Of a stretch of DNA of 64,000 bases, positions 52,259 through 60,941 are shown one piece after another. A program made the translations under genes and the position numbers. Origin of the DNA: a virus. The notes beneath the pieces were generated by a model. It was not told the origin of the DNA and ran no database searches. It saw only the letters and a list, made by a program, of their open reading frames with translations. Location of the stretch: positions 1-64,000 of the IMG/VR virus record IMGVR_UViG_3300021405_000009; one strand, 5' to 3'. Position 1 is the stretch's first letter. Each line of letters starts with the position of its first letter.

Positions 52259-52627
52259 TTATGCCCGTGGCGGCAAGTCGTAGTTCGGTCGCGGCTCGGT
52301 GCGCCCTTCGCGCCGATCGTCGGGCGGAATTACATTCACGGGCTCCAGGTTGATTGAGTTGTGGGGCTCGGCGGGCGCGGTCAGCACCATGTCGAGCATC
52401 TCCGATAACTCTCGCGCGTAGCTGCGGACGGCCGGGTTGTTGTGGCCCATCATGCGCCACAGCACGATCTGATCCTGCCCCCGGTAAGCTTCTTCGATGG
52501 CTGCGCGCTGATCCTCGGGCATCCGGGGGCCGCCTACGGGCAGCGCAGCCGGATGAAGGAGCCGGTGAGCACAGGAGACGCTCTGTCGCGACTCGTCGAA
52601 GTAGTCTAAACACGCGGGGCATTTCAT
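52259..52627 (-). CDS. Hypothetical protein
   Basis: MKCPAC; ATGA overlap. Confidence 0.55.
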   Translation of the reverse strand: MKCPACLDYFDESRQSVSCAHRLLHPAALPVGGPRMPEDQRAAIEEAYRGQDQIVLWRMMGHNNPAVRSYARELSEMLDMVLTAPAEPHNSINLEPVNVIPPDDRREGRTEPRPNYDLPPRA

Positions 52628-52812
52628 CGGGGTGGAATCTCCGCATTTTCTGCGGAGAATAGGGCCGATAATTCACGCATCACCGACCGTTCCGCTAGCA
52701 GCCCGGCCTGCTCTTCTTCTTCGGTCATGCGCCTGCAGCCTTCGCAAGCTTGATCGAACCAAGGATGAGACGCGGCGTGGTGCCGACCGGTATGGGATGG
52801 GCTATAGGCCAT
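52624..52812 (-). CDS. Hypothetical protein
   Basis: Chained overlaps; CEGC. Confidence 0.5.
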   Translation of the reverse strand: MAYSPSHTGRHHAASHPWFDQACEGCRRMTEEEEQAGLLAERSVMRELSALFSAENAEIPPR

Positions 52813-53177
52813 TAGACGCCCAAGGCATTCGGACCCTCGGGCTTAGGCAAATCCCGTGGCGCTTTCGGCTTAGCTACGCCGAGCACGCGCTTGGTGATCT
52901 CAGCCTGGGCCTTGGCCATGCGGGCGGCGCGAATGCCGCGCTGCTCTTCGAGCTTGGTCTGCTGCTTAATTTCTTCGGCCTTGGTGTCGGCCCGCTCCAG
53001 CTCCATGAGCTGCTCTTTGGCCTTCAGGATTTCTAAGAGCGGAGTGCTGGGGCTTTCGGCGATCCGCAGCAGGACAGCGAATAGCCTGGCGCGTAGCCGG
53101 TTGCCAGGGTTGTTGAGAGTCTTCAAGTTTGTCGATCGGCCGGTGAGTGTGCCACGCGGAGTTAAAGGGGCTGCCAA
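52812..53177 (-). CDS. Helical/coiled-coil protein (weak TerS candidate)
   Basis: SxNLK..NPG N-terminus, LKAxExL helix and coiled coil; no TerS found next to terL. Confidence 0.4.
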   Translation of the reverse strand: MAAPLTPRGTLTGRSTNLKTLNNPGNRLRARLFAVLLRIAESPSTPLLEILKAKEQLMELERADTKAEEIKQQTKLEEQRGIRAARMAKAQAEITKRVLGVAKPKAPRDLPKPEGPNALGV

Positions 53178-53320
53178 AATGTGGGCGGGTTTTATATCGT
53201 GCCCGCCCGATCACGCTCAAGTCTAAGTAGCCTCGCCGGTGAGGGCCTACGGTCGGTTCGCCACAGTGTGGGCTGAAGTGTAGGGCATCAGAAGGAATGC
53301 GCGAGAGCGCGGGGCAGAGG

Positions 53321-53665
53321 CTAGGGCTTGGAGTCCTCGGTGTAGTTGTCTTCGGCTACACCATAATTGTCGGAGAGGGGTTTGCTTTGCGGACCAGTTT
53401 CGGGGCCATGTTCTTCGCCTAATGGACACTCGGGCGAGGCCCTGGCCAGCGGCTGTGGAACTACCGTGCTGGGCGTGTTGCTCTGGTCATTGCGCGGGTC
53501 GGTGTCGTGGTAGTCCCAACCATAGCTGTTGCGCTGCGGGTACAGGCCGCGCGTCATGGCCAGCCCTTCGCGTTTGAGTATCTCTTCCCAGTACTCTTGC
53601 GAGTTGGGGTCCAGCGTGCTTAAGTCTTTCTGTGGCTTACGATACCGAGATCCGGCCAAGTACAC
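53321..53665 (-). CDS. Hypothetical protein
   Basis: GTG start; YWEEILKREGL. Confidence 0.55.
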   Translation of the reverse strand: MYLAGSRYRKPQKDLSTLDPNSQEYWEEILKREGLAMTRGLYPQRNSYGWDYHDTDPRNDQSNTPSTVVPQPLARASPECPLGEEHGPETGPQSKPLSDNYGVAEDNYTEDSKP

Positions 53666-53689
53666 CCTCTATAAGTATAAATTTCCCCG

Positions 53690-53702
53690 TAAGTCGTTGA
53701 TA
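53690..53702. promoter_or_regulatory. IHF consensus site
   Basis: TAAGTCGTTGATA is an exact YAANNNNTTGATW match, with an A/T-rich flank, between divergent genes. Confidence 0.55.
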
Positions 53703-53737
53703 ATGCGTAGAGGCGACGCTCGGCGGACTTGCAACGC

Positions 53738-53766
53738 TTGCAAAGATGCATAAGATATTATACCAT
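53738..53766 (+). promoter_or_regulatory. Sigma70-type promoter
   Basis: TTGCAA-17-TACCAT. Confidence 0.6.
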
Positions 53767-53787
53767 AGACTGAGAGGAGGATACAAG

Positions 53788-54075
53788 TTGGCGACGTTTA
53801 TCGATCAAAACAGCAACGCAGTGAACGTGACACCGGCAAACCAGAAGCGAGGTTTCACTCTTCAGGAGCTTTACTCCATCATCGACTGCAATACCGTGCA
53901 GGCAGTTCAACTGGCTGACGGCCGGACGATGTGGATGGATGAGGACGCCAAGCTTCGCGAAGGGCTCCAGTTCGTCAATCTCAAGGCCACCATACTGCTG
54001 GCTGAAGCTGGCGGCATCCCTGGGGACGAGGTTATCGGTCACGTCCTCATCACCCAACCTGGAGAAGTGAAATGA
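53788..54075 (+). CDS. DUF3846-like protein
   Basis: TTG after GAGGAGG; FTLQELY..MWMDEDAKL..VNLKAT..IGHVL. Confidence 0.7.
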   Translation: MATFIDQNSNAVNVTPANQKRGFTLQELYSIIDCNTVQAVQLADGRTMWMDEDAKLREGLQFVNLKATILLAEAGGIPGDEVIGHVLITQPGEVK

Positions 54076-54287
54076 AACCCACCAAGGCCGACATCGGCCA
54101 GCAAGTTCGCTACTGGGAGAATGGCTGGCACTTCGCCAAGCTCGTCGAGCTGGGCAGGCGCTGGGCCAAGGTCTCACACCCAACACGCGGGCGCAAGAGT
54201 CCCAAGACCGGACAGCGCCTGCCTTACCGCATCCCCGTATCCAGCGTCCAGAGCCTGGGGACTACAGCCTCCGGCTCTGCGGCTTAA
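54072..54287 (+). CDS. Small SH3-like hypothetical protein
   Basis: ATGA overlap. Confidence 0.55.
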   Translation: MKPTKADIGQQVRYWENGWHFAKLVELGRRWAKVSHPTRGRKSPKTGQRLPYRIPVSSVQSLGTTASGSAA

Positions 54288-54352
54288 ACCCTTTCACCCT
54301 TGACACCGTGCGGCTCCAAGCGCACGCTAATCTCAATGAAACGAGGCGACAC

Positions 54353-54814
54353 ATGGCAACACCCGAGACAAACTCACCCGAGGGAAAGCCAAAGCAAGCC
54401 AAGCAACTCACGGAACGCCAACTAGCTACCATCTTGCACGCCCTGCGCATGTTGCAAGAAAGTGAAAGCCACACCACCAAGGCTTGCACCACAGGCCACT
54501 GTGAACATTTCGCGGACGTGAGCGAGATGGATAACGATGAAATCAACGAACTGTGCGAGTCGCTGAATGTTGACTTCGAGATCAAAGAAGGGGAAGAGGA
54601 CCAAGGCCGTTACACCAATCACTATCTCTGCCCTAACGACAACACGCGCTGGGATGATGACTGGTCCTCGACCTGCAATGACCGCTGCCCTGACTGCGAC
54701 GCCGAGATCGAGCCTTACGCTTCGACCGACAACCGAGACCAGAAGGTTACCATTTACGCTCAGGATGTTTACGACCGAGCTAACTCAGTTGATCCCGAAC
54801 AACCAAAGGGGTAG
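54353..54814 (+). CDS. Two-domain protein with Zn ribbon
   Basis: LATILHALR..INELCESLN plus NHYLC..WSSTCNDRCPDC; TTGACA-17-CACGCT upstream. Confidence 0.65.
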   Translation: MATPETNSPEGKPKQAKQLTERQLATILHALRMLQESESHTTKACTTGHCEHFADVSEMDNDEINELCESLNVDFEIKEGEEDQGRYTNHYLCPNDNTRWDDDWSSTCNDRCPDCDAEIEPYASTDNRDQKVTIYAQDVYDRANSVDPEQPKG

Positions 54815-54817
54815 AAT
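54789..54817 (+). promoter_or_regulatory. Sigma70-type promoter
   Basis: TTGATC-17-TAGAAT. Confidence 0.6.
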
Positions 54818-54851
54818 CCCACTTATCCTTGAAAGGAGCACCACTCCACTC

Positions 54852-55193
54852 ATGCAAGGTATGCAAAACGTAGTAGCCAGTATCCGCAAAGCAAGAGACG
54901 AACACCATCGCGAATGCCAGCGCCTCGACCAGGCGCTCGTCGCGTTAGGTGTAAACCATTCAATCCACCGGGGCGTTCGCAGGCTGTCCAAAGATGCTCG
55001 CGAACGGATCGCGGCGGCACAACGCGCGCGCTGGGCTAAAATTAAAGGCAAGTCAAAGCTGCCTTCCACGAGCACCGCCAGCAAGTCCAAGTCGGCCGGG
55101 ATTGCGGGCTACTGGGCAAACATGACGCCAGAAGAGCGCAAGGCCGAAGTAAAGCGAAGGCAGAAGTTGGCGGCGAAGAAGAGAGCCGCGTAA
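54852..55193 (+). CDS. Small basic coiled-coil DNA-binding (NAP-like) protein
   Basis: RLDQAL..RRLSKDARERIAAAQRARWAK; AAAGGAG RBS. Confidence 0.7.
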   Translation: MQGMQNVVASIRKARDEHHRECQRLDQALVALGVNHSIHRGVRRLSKDARERIAAAQRARWAKIKGKSKLPSTSTASKSKSAGIAGYWANMTPEERKAEVKRRQKLAAKKRAA

Positions 55194-55197
55194 CCAG

Positions 55198-55296
55198 TTC
55201 CCCGGCTGGAGTTCCTCCCCGTCACTTTATCCAGCCGGGAACCCGCACAGGGAAGGGGGAAAGAAGCAGTCTCCCCTGTGCGGGCTTAATTTTTTG
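55198..55296 (+). terminator. Tandem hairpins plus U tract
   Basis: CCCGGCTGGA/TCCAGCCGGG and CCCGCACAGGG/CCCTGTGCGGG, then TTAATTTTTT. Confidence 0.65.
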
Positions 55297-55307
55297 GAGG
55301 GGAAACA

Positions 55308-55634
55308 ATGCAGACGCCAGTCCGAGTCTCCCTGCTTGAGTTCGCACTAAAGCGCAATGAGTGGATCAAGGCTCATTGCCTAACCGATGGCGAGCGCCAG
55401 CTATGCGTGGACTGCAAGACGCCAATCGAGATTACCGGCCCGTACATGTCGATCCACGATGCCCGCTTCGGCAATCATTGCGCCGGGCCAGGCGCAGTCA
55501 TCCGGCTGGCAGTTCCGTTCTGTCCGAAGTGTGAGGCCAGCCCCCAGGAGCGGGGCTGCCTTCATGAGGATCTTAGCCAGTGGCTTAGCGCCAGGCTCGC
55601 GAAATCAACCGCAGACACTGGGATGCTCTGTTAG
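55308..55634 (+). CDS. Zn-finger hypothetical protein
   Basis: CVDC..CPKC. Confidence 0.6.
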   Translation: MQTPVRVSLLEFALKRNEWIKAHCLTDGERQLCVDCKTPIEITGPYMSIHDARFGNHCAGPGAVIRLAVPFCPKCEASPQERGCLHEDLSQWLSARLAKSTADTGMLC

Positions 55635-55849
55635 TCCTTGTTGGATTCCCACACCGCGTCGAACTTCGCTTCGGGGATGAAGTAAACTGCGCGCAATGCG
55701 CCGTCGAAGCGCCGCGCAAAGATCAGCATGGTGGAGCAATCGCACTTGAACGCGAAGTTCTCCCCCTTGCCGCCGCCGATGGCGTAACTCTTCCCGTGGT
55801 AGTCGGTAGAGGTTAACTGCGCCCCGCATAGTGGGCAATGGATGTTCAT
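55631..55849 (-). CDS. Zn-ribbon hypothetical protein
   Basis: CPLC..CDC. Confidence 0.55.
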   Translation of the reverse strand: MNIHCPLCGAQLTSTDYHGKSYAIGGGKGENFAFKCDCSTMLIFARRFDGALRAVYFIPEAKFDAVWESNKD

Positions 55850-56112
55850 ACTCCCTCCGGAACGTCATCCACCGGGCCGTCCGTGAATCCCACCACGCCG
55901 TAGCCTTCGAGGATTACGATGTAGGTGTCCCACCCAGTCCTGTCATCGTAGCCGTAGTAAGATTCGATCTTCAGTTTGTCCACGCGCACGCCCCACGGAG
56001 CCAGCAACCCCCGCACATGCGTGAGCAGCGCGGGGTAACTGTAGAGCCGGACCGTGGTGGCCAGCGACTCGTCCAATCCCCCGCGATGCTCACGAAACCT
56101 TGAGAATGACAT
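55846..56112 (-). CDS. Conserved phage hypothetical protein
   Basis: FREHRGGLDESL..DDRTGWDTYIV..GFTDGP. Confidence 0.65.
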   Translation of the reverse strand: MSFSRFREHRGGLDESLATTVRLYSYPALLTHVRGLLAPWGVRVDKLKIESYYGYDDRTGWDTYIVILEGYGVVGFTDGPVDDVPEGV

Positions 56113-56314
56113 GCGCCTCCGCGATGTGCTTGCGCACGACTTCAATGTCGGTCGGCAGGGCGTGAACGTCAGAGCCATGCAGGCCGGTCCTACTAAAGCA
56201 GAGGCGGCAAGCGTAATGTCGCTTGCCGCCAAACAGACTGACTCCGAGGGGCTCGCTCCACGGGAAGGCCGGGAACTCCCGCTGTATCCAGTCGTCAAAC
56301 TCCGCCTGCGTCAC
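56090..56314 (-). CDS. C2H2-like small protein
   Basis: YACRLC..HIAEAH. Confidence 0.55.
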   Translation of the reverse strand: MTQAEFDDWIQREFPAFPWSEPLGVSLFGGKRHYACRLCFSRTGLHGSDVHALPTDIEVVRKHIAEAHVILKVS

Positions 56315-56318
56315 AAAG

Positions 56319-57206
56319 CTAACTCGCCCTGGCAGAGTCAGAGTCGATCATCTCTGGCAGGTAATACTTATCGTCCACATAAAGCAGGTCAACGCCCTTT
56401 TTCCCGAGCCCCAGGACGGCCTGATAAATTGTGCCCTCGTTGCGGTCGGGATGCGCCTGGCAAAGGGCTGCGACCAGTTGCTTTCGGGTCATGGGGACTT
56501 TCATTATCGCACGGACTTCTCCCGCCCAATAACCGTTCGGCATCACGACCTTCTTGCCGTTCCCGTTAGCGTGTCCGTTGCCGTTCGGCCTGGCGACCGG
56601 GCCGGTGGTGAGTTTCATCACATCGCGCAAGCCGCTGGCCACCTGGTCCCAGCGCGCCTGTTCCTGCTGACAACGCAGAACCTCAGAGGCGTAGTGTTTC
56701 GCTTTAGCCTCGGCGTCTCGTAGAGCGTTTTCGAGAGTACCCCCGACTTCGACAACAGACCTAGGTTCCGCTGCGCGCGTGAGGGTTTCAGCCATATCAG
56801 TGTGCATGGTCACTGTGTTGTTCTCCTTAAGTTGTTGCAGATAGTCGGAGACAGCTCGCTCTCCGCCGTTGGTTCGTAAGACGTTGATGGTGCGGATAAC
56901 TTCGGGACTGTACTGGAAACAAATTCCAGCCTTGTGCTTTCGACGCTTAGGTAGGATGGGAACGACGAAGCGCATATTCAAACCCTCCACCGTCGATAAC
57001 CGGGGCGCGCCTTCGATAAAATCGCGAGGCCGACTCAGGTGAAACATCTTTGGCTGGGGTCGATTTAAGGCAGGATCAAGTGCGGCTCGCGCACGGCCAC
57101 TATGGGGCCGCGAGGTTCTCACTCTGGTGGGACATGGGCTCCCAATCACATCGCGAGCTTTTTCTCTCAACAGTTGGCTGGCGTTGAAAGTTTTCTTCTT
57201 ACTCAT
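56319..57206 (-). CDS. Putative DNA-binding protein (coiled coil plus C-terminal wHTH-like)
   Basis: Leaderless ATG 7 nt after TACAAT; PMTRKQLV..IYQAV..YYL. Confidence 0.5.
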   Translation of the reverse strand: MSKKKTFNASQLLREKARDVIGSPCPTRVRTSRPHSGRARAALDPALNRPQPKMFHLSRPRDFIEGAPRLSTVEGLNMRFVVPILPKRRKHKAGICFQYSPEVIRTINVLRTNGGERAVSDYLQQLKENNTVTMHTDMAETLTRAAEPRSVVEVGGTLENALRDAEAKAKHYASEVLRCQQEQARWDQVASGLRDVMKLTTGPVARPNGNGHANGNGKKVVMPNGYWAGEVRAIMKVPMTRKQLVAALCQAHPDRNEGTIYQAVLGLGKKGVDLLYVDDKYYLPEMIDSDSARAS

Positions 57207-57236
57207 TGAGACAATTGTAATAGGGCTTGTCAAGTG
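57206..57236 (-). promoter_or_regulatory. CACTTGACA-N8-TACAAT promoter-like element
   Basis: Third copy; the A after 7 nt is the A of ATG. Confidence 0.6.
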
Positions 57237-57253
57237 AAAACCGACAAGCCCCC

Positions 57254-57892
57254 TCACCGGGACAACTTACGCCTAACCAAGCCCGCGATGGCCAGCAAAC
57301 CGGTCCCCATCGTGACCAGGGTCCCCGGCTCTGGCGTCACCGTCCCAAGGAAGCGCTCGCTATTCATGTTAATCTGGCCCACGCCCGTGGTACCGCATAG
57401 ATCGCCACTGCCATAGAACCCTGAGTTCACGCCGCACACCCCCAGGCTGTCCAGGTTCAAAGATTCACTAAAGCTTCCAGAGACGAGATAGACGGCGAAC
57501 GCCTGCGTGTGACCAGGCAGCCGGACAAATTCCTCGCCGGTAAACGTGCCCGAGAAAATCCCGGTGCTCGGGTTGTATATCGTGCTGGTCATGGTGAACA
57601 CCGGCTGGCCGAAGGCGGACTTGTAGCCCATGGAGTAAGCTTCAGGGCCGAACGGCGCGTTCAGGAAAATGTGGTTGGCGCTCAGGTTGGCGCTGCCGCC
57701 AGCGAATGCCGCCCCAATGCCAACGCCCTGACCGCCCGGCCCAATCGAGCCTTCCAGTTCGACAAAGGTGCCAGAGCTTAACGTGATGGAAGTGATGGGA
57801 CTGGGCAGGTCGCGCATCGAAGAGCCGACCATCTTCTGTGGAGTTACCGCCAGCGTCAAGAAAAGCAAAGCCAGAACAGAGTAGGTTCTCAT
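57254..57892 (-). CDS. PEP-CTERM sorting-domain protein
   Basis: Signal peptide MRTYSVLALLFLTLA; C-terminal TPEPGTLVTMGTGLLAIAGLVRRK. Confidence 0.9.
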   Translation of the reverse strand: MRTYSVLALLFLTLAVTPQKMVGSSMRDLPSPITSITLSSGTFVELEGSIGPGGQGVGIGAAFAGGSANLSANHIFLNAPFGPEAYSMGYKSAFGQPVFTMTSTIYNPSTGIFSGTFTGEEFVRLPGHTQAFAVYLVSGSFSESLNLDSLGVCGVNSGFYGSGDLCGTTGVGQINMNSERFLGTVTPEPGTLVTMGTGLLAIAGLVRRKLSR

Positions 57893-57923
57893 GTTGAGTT
57901 TCCCCCGGCAGCTCTTATACCAC

Positions 57924-57958
57924 AAAAACCAGGCCCGGAAGGGAGCTTCCGAGCCTGG
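57924..57958 (-). terminator. Intrinsic terminator followed by extended -10
   Basis: CCAGGCUCGGAAG/UUCCGGGCCUGG plus UUUUU, then TGGTATAAG. Confidence 0.7.
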
Positions 57959-57990
57959 AGCGAAGAAGTAAAGCCGCCAACTCTTCCCCT

Positions 57991-58254
57991 CTAGTTGCGG
58001 TTACGCCCCGCGTTAGAGTTCTCATTGTCCTCGCCTTCGAGGTCGATCTTGGTGCAGGTGTAGGGCAGGTTGGTTCCGGGGCTCAGCGTGACCGCTTCGA
58101 TCGACCCCACCGGAGTCCAGGACTTGATCGAATGGCCCTCGGCAGCCACCACAATCGCGGACTGTCCGCCGCGCTGCACCAGGAAGGTTCCGTGCTCGCC
58201 CCGCAGGGTCAAAGCAACGTCGTAGGTTTGGACGGGCTGGTTGAACTTCATCAT
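57991..58254 (-). CDS. Hypothetical protein
   Basis: GAGG RBS. Confidence 0.55.
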   Translation of the reverse strand: MMKFNQPVQTYDVALTLRGEHGTFLVQRGGQSAIVVAAEGHSIKSWTPVGSIEAVTLSPGTNLPYTCTKIDLEGEDNENSNAGRNRN

Positions 58255-58333
58255 ATTTCCTCTTTTCCGGCTCCCCTACATTCGCGATCTTCCCGCTTCA
58301 CTGCCTGTGATGTCAAGTGATAATATTCCGTGC

Positions 58334-58753
58334 ATGAACGAAGAAAATCGTCCCAACTTAAATGCGGTCGGATTGCTCACTGACATCCTGCAGGCCATCG
58401 ACAAGCGGCGGCGCGGCAAGGCTGGCGGCGCGCCCATGGCAGAGCTGATGGGCCTGGTGTCGGAGGACGTGAAGAAATTCGTGGAGCTGATCGACTCGCT
58501 GCTGGATGACCGCTTCGGCGACTCGCACGACATCGTCATCCGCAATCCGGCCGACAGTGAGATGTTGTTTATGGTCGCAGCCACCAACAAATTCTTCGAG
58601 GATGCGATGAACAGCATAGTCGCTCCCGCTACGCGAGCCTGGACTGATTACAAAGTCCAGAAGGTGGAGCAGATCATCGTGAAGCCCGGCGACATCGAAG
58701 AGAATGAAGCGCGCTTCACCGTGGTGTTGCACGCCAAGCGGAGGAACACGTGA
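58334..58753 (+). CDS. Hypothetical protein (leaderless)
   Basis: TTCACT-18-TAATAT, then ATG 7 nt later. Confidence 0.6.
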   Translation: MNEENRPNLNAVGLLTDILQAIDKRRRGKAGGAPMAELMGLVSEDVKKFVELIDSLLDDRFGDSHDIVIRNPADSEMLFMVAATNKFFEDAMNSIVAPATRAWTDYKVQKVEQIIVKPGDIEENEARFTVVLHAKRRNT

Positions 58754-59022
58754 ACAAAGAAGCAGTCGCGGCCTCCTGGTTGAAATTGCTTAAGTCTTGG
58801 CAGGCGCTGGCGTTGATGTCAGCCGAGCACATCGCAAACTGCGATATCTGCATCGCGGCGGGATTGTTTCTAGGCAGCTATTGCAGCGTCGGCAACGCGG
58901 CATGGGCGGAACTAAAGGCGATGGAACTGCGCGTCACTGCCATCCTGCCAGAGTTGCGCGCGGCCGGGATTGACGTGGACCAGGCGATCCAACTCATCGC
59001 AGACGGAGCAGCGATAAAATGA
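58750..59022 (+). CDS. Hypothetical protein
   Basis: GTGA overlap; HxxxCxxC. Confidence 0.6.
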   Translation: MNKEAVAASWLKLLKSWQALALMSAEHIANCDICIAAGLFLGSYCSVGNAAWAELKAMELRVTAILPELRAAGIDVDQAIQLIADGAAIK

Positions 59023-59306
59023 CGCCCACACGGAAGGACGTGTTTAATCAGTTCTTGGAGCTGAACGAACTACAGCGCAACGCATTCTTCGCGCAGCTCA
59101 TGATGTGGACCGATCTCAATCTGCCAGACGGCACATTCATGGTCATCACGAAGGACCAGTACCGGCGCGCCACCCAGGGCGTCATGATCCCGGAAATTCC
59201 AGAGCTGTACGAAGTAGCGAAGCAGGTGATGCACTCCTTCGGTCTGACCTACACGCATCCTGTAACCGGCAAGAAATTCCCGCCGCCAAGGAAGAGGAAA
59301 AAATAA
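59019..59306 (+). CDS. Hypothetical protein
   Basis: ATGA overlap. Confidence 0.6.
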   Translation: MTPTRKDVFNQFLELNELQRNAFFAQLMMWTDLNLPDGTFMVITKDQYRRATQGVMIPEIPELYEVAKQVMHSFGLTYTHPVTGKKFPPPRKRKK

Positions 59307-59677
59307 TGAGACACGGTGTAGTAGCTGCAGCTCTCCTGTTAGCCCCCATCCTGCTGGGCGTGCCCCTGCAACCTGGCGATCTGGTGGACGGCAAGGTTGA
59401 ACTGATCCCCGTCGAAGACGCGAAGACGTTCCAGCTCGCCATCCGTGTGGCCAAGGGCGTGGACGCGGATCAGGCCGTCGTCACCATCCACTACAAGGCC
59501 GACGTGCCACAGCTCGGCGAACTGTGGCTGACCAAGACTTCCGTCGTGGACGTTATTCCCGACGTGGCCGTCATGGCCGATGGCGTTCCGGTCCCGCGCG
59601 AGAGAGTGCAGCGCATCGAAGTGACGCTGGTGAAGAACGTGGAGTCGCACACCTTCCAGATGGCGGAGAAGAAGTGA
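59306..59677 (+). CDS. Secreted hypothetical protein
   Basis: MRHGVVAAALLLAPILLG signal-like N-terminus. Confidence 0.6.
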   Translation: MRHGVVAAALLLAPILLGVPLQPGDLVDGKVELIPVEDAKTFQLAIRVAKGVDADQAVVTIHYKADVPQLGELWLTKTSVVDVIPDVAVMADGVPVPRERVQRIEVTLVKNVESHTFQMAEKK

Positions 59678-59790
59678 TGCTCGGCCCGCAGTTCTGGAAG
59701 GGCTTTTTCTTCGGCGCGATCTGGGGCCTGGTCGTTGGCGGATTCCTAACCTGGTTCTGGTTGATGCTGAAGCACGGCAGGCGGCTATGA
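59677..59790 (+). CDS. Single-TM peptide
   Basis: FWKGFFFGAIWGLVVGGFLTWFW. Confidence 0.5.
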   Translation: MLGPQFWKGFFFGAIWGLVVGGFLTWFWLMLKHGRRL

Positions 59791-60041
59791 AACCAGAAGG
59801 AGAAATAGGGCGCGAGCTGAAGGCGTCGGAACTCAAGCCGGGCACAGTCGTGATCGTCGCGCCTTCATGTCATCCACGCGCAATGCTGAGTGTGTGGGTG
59901 AAGGCCGTGGATTCGAAGCTGGTCGTGTTCTACGCTGGGGAACTGAATCTGCACATTATCAACTTCGTCCAACCGGATGGCTCGATTCAGGATGACCATG
60001 GAACGGTCGTCCGGGTGTACGAGTACCTGGGGCAAGCATGA
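59787..60041 (+). CDS. Hypothetical protein
   Basis: ATGA overlap. Confidence 0.6.
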   Translation: MKPEGEIGRELKASELKPGTVVIVAPSCHPRAMLSVWVKAVDSKLVVFYAGELNLHIINFVQPDGSIQDDHGTVVRVYEYLGQA

Positions 60042-60370
60042 CAGAGGAGATACACAAACTGCGCGACATGGCACCAGAAGATGCGCAACGCGAGTTCCGT
60101 GGACTGATCGTCCACCTCGGCATCGTAACCGAGCAGCAGGCGGCGGCCGTGACCTTCACGCGCGTCAATCCCGCCGATCATCCGGAGATCCCGCGTTGCA
60201 CCTGTGAAAGCTGCAAGAATGACACGTCGTTCATGGCGTTCGGTATCGACCAGGAAAAGCTGTCGCCGATTCAATTTAAGCTCATCGTGGCGACCTACAA
60301 CAAATACGCCGGACCATTTATTCCAGCATCCGCTGATCCTTCCGAGTGGACAAGGAAGAAGCCGCAATGA
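60038..60370 (+). CDS. Hypothetical protein
   Basis: ATGA overlap. Confidence 0.6.
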   Translation: MTEEIHKLRDMAPEDAQREFRGLIVHLGIVTEQQAAAVTFTRVNPADHPEIPRCTCESCKNDTSFMAFGIDQEKLSPIQFKLIVATYNKYAGPFIPASADPSEWTRKKPQ

Positions 60371-60747
60371 AGAATGTATTCATCGAAGTAACCAACGGCC
60401 CGCAGAACTGGGGCAAGTTCATGGTCGCCCAGTTCGACGACGAGTGGCGGCGTGGCTCGAAGATCAGCGAGTCCCGCTCACTGCTCCGCACCATCGGCTG
60501 GGGCGCTAACGACATCGTTGTCTTCGATCTGCAGACGCTCGAAGGCGCAGCATTCTCTCCACATGGCGGACACGGCAACGCGCACTGCGACCTGGAGAAG
60601 CATAAGGTCTGGGTATGTCCAATGTTCGAACCGTTCCTGGCCTGGCTGTACAAGCAAGACCTCAGCGACCTCGACAAACTGCCGAACCACGTCGATCTGC
60701 CGGACGCGCCGTTCGCGATGCACGGCTACCGCCGCGAGGGAAAATGA
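60367..60747 (+). CDS. Conserved hypothetical protein
   Basis: NWGKF..DLQTLEGA..DLEKHKVWVCPMFEPFL. Confidence 0.7.
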   Translation: MKNVFIEVTNGPQNWGKFMVAQFDDEWRRGSKISESRSLLRTIGWGANDIVVFDLQTLEGAAFSPHGGHGNAHCDLEKHKVWVCPMFEPFLAWLYKQDLSDLDKLPNHVDLPDAPFAMHGYRREGK

Positions 60748-60941
60748 CGATCAAGCTTACTCCAGAGCAGCGCGAGCGCGTGATCGCAGAACTGCAATCG
60801 CGGACGAAGCCTGTCGCGGAGATGACCGACGAAGAGATTATGGGAATGATCCAGCGCGGCCAGGGCCTGATGATCGAGTGTGATCCAGAGTACGCGGCCA
60901 AGTACGCGCCAAAAGAGAGGAAAAAGAAGGGCGCAGCATGA
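60744..60941 (+). CDS. Hypothetical protein
   Basis: ATGA overlaps. Confidence 0.55.
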   Translation: MTIKLTPEQRERVIAELQSRTKPVAEMTDEEIMGMIQRGQGLMIECDPEYAAKYAPKERKKKGAA

